Positions 8,537-14,449 of a stretch of 14,449 bases of DNA are shown one piece after another (position 1 is the stretch's first letter; every line of letters begins with the position of its first letter). The notes below the pieces were generated by a model. It was not told the DNA's origin. It saw nothing but the letters and a program-made list of their open reading frames with translations, and searched no databases. This DNA is from a bacterium (lineage in GTDB: Bacteria > SZUA-182 > DTGQ01 > JAFGSM01): NCBI GenBank assembly GCA_049472335.1, contig JBLIRO010000106.1, positions 1 through 14,449 of the forward strand, in the 5' to 3' direction. The position numbers and the translations under genes are program-made.

Positions 8537-10021
8537 ATGACAAAGGTCACTAAGAAGAAGATTGCCATTGATCCTGTCACGCGCCTGGAAGGTCATGGGA
8601 AAATAGATATATTCCTGGACGAAAAAGGTGGTGTTGAGCATGCTTACTTCCGGATTCCCGAGCTGCGGGGATTTGAGGTCTTCAGCATCGGTCGTCCCGC
8701 CGAAGATATGCCTCAAATCACCAGCCGTATTTGTGGCGTCTGTCCAACAGCACACCATATGGCATCGATTAAAGCCCTGGACGATCTATACAAAATTGAG
8801 CCTTCTGTCCCAGCAAAGAAGATTCGGGAATTAGTTTACAATACATTCATGCTTGAGGACCATGCCCTCCATGTTTATATCCTTGGAGGTCCGGATTTTA
8901 TCGTCGGCCCGAATGCCCCCCCGGAGATGAGGAACTTTTTGGGTGTAATTCAGAAAGTTGGAAAGGATGTGGGTAAAAAGATAATTTCAATGCGAAGACG
9001 GCTTCGCGAATTTATCACTCATATCGGCGGGAAAGTGATCCACCCTGTCCTCGGGTTGCCAGGAGGTGTGGCCAAGGGGATTGCTTTAGAAGACCTCCCA
9101 AGATTTCAGGAATTAGCAAGGGATGGTTTGGATTTCGCCCTTTTTACACTCCGGGTTTTCAAGGACATTATCCTAAAAAACAAAGATTATATGGATCTTA
9201 TCACCTCCGATGTCTATACTCACAAAACCTATTATATGGGTCTTGTAGATGAGAATAACAAGGTTAACTTCTACGACGGCCAAGTTCGGGTTATAGATCC
9301 CTATGGGAGTGAATTCGCCAAGTTTACTGTTCAGAAATATTTGGATTACATTGCCGAACACGTAGAGCCGTGGAGTTATATTAAATTTTGCTATCTCAAA
9401 CCGGTGGGATGGAACGGTTTCACAGAAGGGGCCGAAAGCGGCATCTATTCTGTGGCGCCATTGGCCCGCTTGAACACTGCAAATGGAATGGCGACTCCTG
9501 AAGCCCAAAAAACCTACGAGGAGTTTTATTCCACCCTTGGTGGAAAACCTGTCCACTATACACTTGCAAACCATTGGGCCAGAATCGTTGAGATGATTTA
9601 TGCGGCCGAGAGAATGAATGAACTGATTCACGACGTCGATATCACGAGTCAGGATTTAAGGGTGATTCCAAAGGAAACCCCAACGGTGGGGATGGGCGTG
9701 GTTGAAGCACCTCGGGGTACCCTTTTCCATCATTACGAAACAGATGAAAACGGTATCATTCGAAAGACCAACCTGATTGTAGCAACTCAGAACAATTCCG
9801 GTCGCATTGCCATGAGTGTGGAAAAAGCAGCAAAAGGACTGATCCACAATGGAGAAATATCCGAGGGCCTGTTGAACATGGTGGAGATGGCCTTCCGTGC
9901 CTACGATCCTTGTAACGCCTGTGCCACACATTGTTTGGTTGGTTCGATGCCGTTCAGAATTGCAATTTACGACCATAAAAGGAATGTGGTCCGGGAAATC
10001 ACAAGAGTTGGAGAAAACTGA
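8537..10021 (+). CDS. mvhA: [NiFe]-hydrogenase large subunit, group 3c-like (Hdr-linked)
   Basis: 494 aa. IDPVTRLEGHG, L1 RICGVCPTAH, GVVEAPRGTLFHHY and L2 AFRAYDPCNACATH followed by a 29-aa cleavable tail. The group assignment rests on the hdrA/mvhD context. Confidence 0.94.
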   Translation: MTKVTKKKIAIDPVTRLEGHGKIDIFLDEKGGVEHAYFRIPELRGFEVFSIGRPAEDMPQITSRICGVCPTAHHMASIKALDDLYKIEPSVPAKKIRELVYNTFMLEDHALHVYILGGPDFIVGPNAPPEMRNFLGVIQKVGKDVGKKIISMRRRLREFITHIGGKVIHPVLGLPGGVAKGIALEDLPRFQELARDGLDFALFTLRVFKDIILKNKDYMDLITSDVYTHKTYYMGLVDENNKVNFYDGQVRVIDPYGSEFAKFTVQKYLDYIAEHVEPWSYIKFCYLKPVGWNGFTEGAESGIYSVAPLARLNTANGMATPEAQKTYEEFYSTLGGKPVHYTLANHWARIVEMIYAAERMNELIHDVDITSQDLRVIPKETPTVGMGVVEAPRGTLFHHYETDENGIIRKTNLIVATQNNSGRIAMSVEKAAKGLIHNGEISEGLLNMVEMAFRAYDPCNACATHCLVGSMPFRIAIYDHKRNVVREITRVGEN

Positions 10022-10024
10022 AGA

Positions 10025-10519
10025 ATGCCTAACCACGGACAGTCGATTCTTGTCCTCGGTCTTGGCAACGATTTACTGAAGGATGATGGTGTAGGAATAG
10101 CGGCTGTACAAAAGTTGCGAGATGTTCTTGACATCTCGATCGACTGTGTGCAGGCATCAACCTCTGGCCTTGGATTGATGGACTACCTGGCCGGGCGCGA
10201 CAAGGTAATCATCATAGATGCGATTGTTCTTGTACCGGAAAAGGTGGGACAGGTTTTTGAATGGCATTTGGACGAGTTGAGCACTGGTACCGTATTTTCA
10301 CCACACTATGTCGGATTATTTGAAATTAGAGAGATAGCTAGGTTGCTTACACTGCCTTTCCCAAAAGAACTAAAAGTTCTCGGCATTGTGGTAAAAGATC
10401 CTTTTGCGATTGGTGAAAAGATGTCTCCTGAAGTCGAAGGGGCCATAGACAAGGTCGTAGAGATGGTAAAGAAAATAATATCCATATGGCAGAAGGAAAC
10501 AGAAATTGCTTTCCCTTGA
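10025..10519 (+). CDS. Hydrogenase maturation endopeptidase (HyaD/HycI family)
   Basis: 164 aa. ILVLGLGNDLLKDDGVG, VIIIDAI, SPH, MSPEVEGAIDKVVE. Starts 3 nt after the mvhA stop. Confidence 0.94.
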   Translation: MPNHGQSILVLGLGNDLLKDDGVGIAAVQKLRDVLDISIDCVQASTSGLGLMDYLAGRDKVIIIDAIVLVPEKVGQVFEWHLDELSTGTVFSPHYVGLFEIREIARLLTLPFPKELKVLGIVVKDPFAIGEKMSPEVEGAIDKVVEMVKKIISIWQKETEIAFP

Positions 10520-10595
10520 CCGAAAGGATAATAACTAAACATGATATGGCATTTGTATATAAGGAAAAGATTATTCTTAATGGGGGTAATATAGC

Positions 10596-11135
10596 ATGTC
10601 TGATGAATTAATCAGGACTTCAAGACTTGATTCGAATTTTATATTTGAGGTTAGCTCACATAAATATGCTAAAAACATAAATAGTTGTTTTGCCTGTGGA
10701 ACATGTACAGGTGGTTGTCCGATACATAGGGTTTATCCTGAGTATAATCCCAGGAAGATAATAAGAATGATTAAACTCGGGATGAGAAGCGAAGTTTTAA
10801 GCAGTAAATATATTTGGTATTGTGCTACCTGTCATACATGTGAAGAACGTTGCCCGCGAGGTGTGGGTTTTTTTAATGTATTAAATGTGTTAAAAAATAT
10901 TGCAGCCAAAGAAGGCTTCGCTCCTTCTCCCTGGATTGAACAGACAAAACAAATTACACTATCCGGAATTTCGATTCCAACTCAGGAGACTTGGATAAAA
11001 AAGCGGGAAGAGCTTTCCCTTCGGCCTTTAAGAAAAAAACTAAGTGAAAAAGCTGCAAAATTAATTGATTCTATGGTTTTAATAAAAAGCTTTGGGGGGG
11101 AAGATGAAGAAATATGCTCTATTTTTAGGTTGTAA
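10596..11135 (+). CDS. hdrC: Heterodisulfide reductase subunit C (2[4Fe-4S]); C-terminus possibly frameshifted
   Basis: CFACGTCTGGCP, YNPRKIIRMIKLG, IWYCATCHTCEERCPRGV, LKNIAAKEG. Lies directly upstream of hdrB. Confidence 0.92.
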   Translation: MSDELIRTSRLDSNFIFEVSSHKYAKNINSCFACGTCTGGCPIHRVYPEYNPRKIIRMIKLGMRSEVLSSKYIWYCATCHTCEERCPRGVGFFNVLNVLKNIAAKEGFAPSPWIEQTKQITLSGISIPTQETWIKKREELSLRPLRKKLSEKAAKLIDSMVLIKSFGGEDEEICSIFRL

Positions 11136-12048
11136 TACTCCTACAAAAGTTTTTCAATATGAACTTTCAGTGAGATGGGTCGCCAGACGGTTGGGGGTTG
11201 AGCTTGTAGATATCGAGGACATGGTATGTTGTGGTTCTAACCAGATAAACCTGAGCATAGAGGGTGGTCTTTTATTATCAGCCATGAATTTAGCTTTAGC
11301 TGAATCCTATGGTCTGGATATAGTTACTCTCTGTGCTGCCTGCACCGGAACATTATCAGAAGCAGTTGAGGAACTAAAAGATAGAAAAGTAAGAGCAAAA
11401 ATAAACGAAAAACTTTCAGACCTAGGATTAGAATATAATGGAAAGAGTAAGGTGAAACACTTCTCAAGGATTATTTACGAAAATATAGGAATAGATAGAA
11501 TAAAGAAAGAAATTAAAAAGGATCTGTCAAAACTCACAGTTGCCCCCCATTATGGTTGTCATTATTTGAAACCTAAAAACGTATATGGGGGCTTTGATGA
11601 ACCAGAGCGCCCTCAAACACTTCATCAGTTAATCCAGGCCACAGGAGCGCTACCTATTAGATACGAAACGCTTCTTCTCTGTTGTGGAGGGAAAACTTTC
11701 CCCAATTCTCAGGATTTAGCTCACTCCTTAATTGGAATAAAGCTTGAAAACTTGAAAAATAAAAATGTAGATTGCATCTCTCTCCATTGTCAATCCTGCT
11801 ACCTTATGTATGGCACTCAACAAGAAAAAGTTTCCAAAAAATTAGGGAAACAATATAATATCCCGATTTTACTTTATTCTCAACTGCTTGGTCTTGCTTT
11901 AGGTGGGGATCCAATAGTCGATCTTGGATTAAATTTAAATGTTCCTTCTACAGATAAACTTCTTGATAAAATAGGAATTGGGCATAAGGAAAAGATGGTT
12001 AAATTTGAAGTTCAAAAGGCTGAAGAAGCAGAAATACATTTCCAGTAA
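11104..12048 (+). CDS. hdrB: Heterodisulfide reductase subunit B (two CCG domains)
   Basis: The ATG at 11104 (MKKYALFLGC) follows a G-rich RBS and is preferred to the track's 11092 start. CCG domain 1: LGC..CCG..CAAC. CCG domain 2: HYGCHYLKP..CCG..CQSC. Also PILLYSQLLGLALG. Confidence 0.94.
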   Translation: MKKYALFLGCNTPTKVFQYELSVRWVARRLGVELVDIEDMVCCGSNQINLSIEGGLLLSAMNLALAESYGLDIVTLCAACTGTLSEAVEELKDRKVRAKINEKLSDLGLEYNGKSKVKHFSRIIYENIGIDRIKKEIKKDLSKLTVAPHYGCHYLKPKNVYGGFDEPERPQTLHQLIQATGALPIRYETLLLCCGGKTFPNSQDLAHSLIGIKLENLKNKNVDCISLHCQSCYLMYGTQQEKVSKKLGKQYNIPILLYSQLLGLALGGDPIVDLGLNLNVPSTDKLLDKIGIGHKEKMVKFEVQKAEEAEIHFQ

Positions 12049-12632
12049 ATAACTAACGAAGAAGCGACAACAAAGGAATTTTTTGTCGGCCTATACCTTC
12101 CATTCTCCCAATCCAGAGCCGTCGAAGGATCAACACCCAGAATTTTTGCAAACTCTCTATGAGTCATAAACAGGCTCAGTCTCAATATTCTCAATAGGGA
12201 ACCAACTTGTTGAAAGTTTTTCCTACCTTGATTATATAAAGGTTTCATAGACTCATTTAGATTCACCTGGATTAAATCAAACTCAAAAAGCATATTCTTC
12301 TCTTTTCCAGAAAGAGAATAACTTTTGGCAATAGATTTTCTCAAAAACTTATGGGGCACATCTAAAACATCATAAAGACTTTTCAGATACATCAGCCTCG
12401 GAATCCTCCTGTCCATTTCCCACTCCAGAAGTACATTCTTAGAACACCCCACTAGTTCAGCCAGTTTCTTTGATGTCATTCTCCTGTCACGCCTTGTCTT
12501 TCTTATATAATCTCCCAGAGTTTTCGGATTTGTTTTGTAAAATCCTGCTTCTTCCAAAAAATTGATTTCAAGTTCAAAACTGAATATATTGGGCTTTCCA
12601 TGATTCAAAAAAGTTTGCAATCTGTGCCGCAT
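12012..12632 (-). CDS. Tandem XRE-family helix-turn-helix DNA-binding protein (206 aa)
   Basis: Two HTH_XRE-like units: LGDYIRKTRRDRRMTSKKLAELVGCSKNVLLEWEMDRRIP and VGSLLRILRLSLFMTHREFAKILGVDPSTALDWENGRYRP. ATG 12632 is the first start outside the comM repeat. The track's upstream 48 codons are almost all antisense comM. Confidence 0.8.
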   Translation of the reverse strand: MRHRLQTFLNHGKPNIFSFELEINFLEEAGFYKTNPKTLGDYIRKTRRDRRMTSKKLAELVGCSKNVLLEWEMDRRIPRLMYLKSLYDVLDVPHKFLRKSIAKSYSLSGKEKNMLFEFDLIQVNLNESMKPLYNQGRKNFQQVGSLLRILRLSLFMTHREFAKILGVDPSTALDWENGRYRPTKNSFVVASSLVIYWKCISASSAF

Positions 12633-12635
12633 GGC

Positions 12636-13145
12636 TGTCCCTGTAGGTTTTATAGCCATCCCCAGAAGGAATGCAGATGCACCCCTCTTCAGATAAGAAA
12701 CTATCTCGGCCGCATCTCCGGCCCCCTCCTGGACCGCATTGACATCCATATAGAGGTCCCACCGATACCATATCAAGACCTAACCTCCGAACGAACCGGT
12801 GAGCCTTCATCCGTAATCAGAAAACGGGTAGACAAGGCAAGAAAAAAACAGCTTAAAAGATACGGCAAATCAACGAAGAAGAAAAAAGACAAAGTCGGAC
12901 AGATTTTCTCGAATGCCCAGCTCGGTCCAAAGCAGATAAAGGAATTTTGCCCTCTTGATAAAGAATCAAAGGATTTGCTGCACACAGCCATTTCCCGCCT
13001 GGGCCTGAGCGCACGGGCCTATGACCGGATCATTAAGGTGGCAAGAACCATTGCAGACCTCGCAGACGCAGAGGATATACGGCCTGAACATATCTCAGAG
13101 GCCATACAATACCGCAGCCTGGACAGGGATTTCTGGGGGGAATGA
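12636..13145 (+). pseudogene. comM: Orphan 3' third of comM (169 codons, open frame, lacking Walker A and B)
   Basis: CPCRFYSHPQKECRCT...YRSLDRDFWGE. Only 5 amino-acid differences from the C-terminus of the intact ComM. Confidence 0.9.
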
Positions 13146-13168
13146 ATTATAAATCTAACTTAATATCT
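12636..13168 (+). repeat. Direct repeat copy 2: comM 3' end
   Basis: About 92% identical to 3271-3803. Homology begins abruptly at TGT CCC TGT AGG, against TGC CCC TGC GGG in copy 1. Confidence 0.97.
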
Positions 13169-13987
13169 ATTTTTAAAATCACTCGATAATATTAGAAATT
13201 TTCATTACATAAAAACATAGAAAAATATATCCCTTGTTTTTATTATTTTAATTTAATAAAATAATTATTAAGAATAAGATATGATTATAATGATAACAAC
13301 TTTCAGATTAAAATAATGCACTATTGCCCTTAAGATAGTTGTCAATATTAACGCTATTTTGAGGGTGGAAATCTGGCAGTTTGGCTATTTTTTATTTTTA
13401 TTGGTGAATATGATGATTTTTTTGTCGGTTTACAGAAAGAAATATTAGGATTACAATCTAATAAAGTTTAGATTCCTTTTAATACGAATACTCCCATTCA
13501 AATCAGAATAATCCTGCTTATAAAAAATCCAAATCGAAAAGAGTATAAGGATTTATGAATCGACTTTTCCACATCTTACTTTTTTGCCCCTTACTTCTGA
13601 TAAGCAAAATCCATCCATTTCAAGTTAGAAATAGTATGACATCTTCATAAGACCGGTTTTGACTGAGAAAAGCAATGTTTTTACCCTTTAATAACGGAAA
13701 GAGAGCCGTTTAAACTTTAAAAATCATGTATTCAGATGATTGGCGATATGAAATCTGCTTTATTTTCTAATAATATCCCATGACCATAATGTCACAACAA
13801 AGGATGAAAATATTGTAAAAAAGAGTAAACCATGGATATTATTTTTTATTTTATCAATCCTAAAAATGTAAGGAGAGCAACCAAAAAGATCTAGGGAAAG
13901 ACTATCTCCTGAAGGAAAAAAATTAAATTGAAAAAGGAGACTAAACCGCAGGATTTTACTCTTATTCATAGAAAGGAATAACTAATT

Positions 13988-14332
13988 ATGGAAAGGCAAA
14001 TCTCTATCATTTCCTTTCTCTTTTTATTTATATCTTATCTCACAATCACACCTACATCAGCAAAAATTTTTAAGGTGAACAAGGAAGGAGGGTGGGATTT
14101 TACTTCTATTCAGGAAGCAATTGACGTAGCCCAAACAGGGGATGTTATTAAGGTTAGTTCAGGAGTATATAACGAGAATATTATAATCAATAAAGACATA
14201 AAAAACATCAAAGAAGATTTTCTTGGGTTTATAGTTGAGTATAAAGACAAAGAACACTTATTCATAATAAAACCAAAGATAAATGCTGAAACGGCGATAA
14301 AGCCCTTTTTCATAAAAAACCCCCTTAAATAA
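13988..14332 (+). pseudogene. Truncated secreted protein, beta-helix/pectin-lyase-like N-terminus
   Basis: RBS AAGGA, signal peptide ending TPTSA, then GGWDFTSIQEAIDVAQTGDVIKVSSGVYNENIIINKDI. Family-like sequence ends near 14200, and the ORF is too short for a beta-helix. Confidence 0.65.
14200..14313 (-). pseudogene. Possible 5' remnant of an exported or membrane protein gene (MKKGFIAVSAFIFGFIM...)
   Basis: Minus-strand AGGGGG RBS 6 nt before ATG-AAA-AAG, then a hydrophobic stretch. It runs head-on into the 13988 remnant. The left boundary is approximate. Confidence 0.35.
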
Positions 14333-14449
14333 AGCAAAGGTAAAAAAATATAATAAGATAACTAAATTTATATTATCAAATCGCTGAAACTAAGGCAATG
14401 ATTTTATAACTATTTGTTTATAAAAATTAAATTTTAATAATATCCTTTG

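Larger units (their letters stand above)
3271..12635. mobile_element. Putative 9,365-bp genomic island or cassette inserted at comM, bounded by comM 3'-end direct repeats; no integrase inside
   Basis: Direct repeats with a sharp left boundary at the CPCG codons, AT-rich spacers, a gene remnant, accessory metabolic cargo and an XRE-HTH gene abutting the junction. Mobility is inferred, not shown. Confidence 0.7.

Noticed and set aside
5008..10021. Selenocysteine recoding in HdrA, MvhD or MvhA
   Set aside because: The relevant positions are ordinary Cys codons and there is no in-frame TGA within these genes.
12600..12635. ATG 12600 as the start of a stand-alone 181-aa mini-ComM
   Set aside because: No RBS is visible, the first 12 codons are antisense to the HTH gene, and the product lacks Walker motifs. 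Expression cannot be excluded but is unsupported.
12633..12776. N-terminal 48 codons of the 254-aa minus-strand ORF
   Set aside because: Almost entirely antisense of the comM repeat. Nearly the same peptide appears at 3163-3411, so it is a shadow frame.
13286..13304. Fur-box-like TATAATGATAACAACTTTC (14/19 to the E. coli consensus)
   Set aside because: It lies in extremely AT-rich DNA where such matches arise by chance, and no iron-related gene is adjacent.
13555..13650. 31-aa ORF MNRLFHILLFCPLLLISKIHPFQVRNSMTSS
   Set aside because: RBS spacing is only ~3 nt, and hydrophobic short ORFs are common in T-rich DNA. There is no other support.
13169..13987. CRISPR array, tRNA, riboswitch or IS in the AT-rich spacers (also 3804-4050 and 4586-5007)
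   Set aside because: No regularly spaced repeats, cloverleaf, terminal inverted repeats or transposase-like frames were seen. Only short hairpins were found.

Overview
Bacterial-type chromosomal window. It opens with gmd-fcl (GDP-L-fucose synthesis), translationally coupled to an intact comM/yifB gene. The 3' 510 bp of comM, from the CPCG motif to the stop codon, recurs as a ~92%-identical direct repeat exactly 9,365 bp downstream. Between the two copies lies an island with no integrase. It holds a decayed secreted beta-helix-type gene, a complete methanogen-type hydrogenase/heterodisulfide reductase module (hdrA-mvhD-mvhG-mvhA-maturation protease-hdrC-hdrB), and a tandem XRE-HTH gene whose start codon sits 3 nt from the repeat junction. 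The best candidate for a novel system is a comM-targeted, gene-restoring cassette that swaps comM 3' halves, carries an energy-metabolism module, and may switch its regulator by recombination. Smaller findings include a probable CTG start for mvhG, a probable 1-nt frameshift at the hdrC 3' end, a perfect sigma70 consensus at a gene breakpoint, and a related secreted-protein remnant after each comM 3' copy. All counts were made by hand and no database searches were run.
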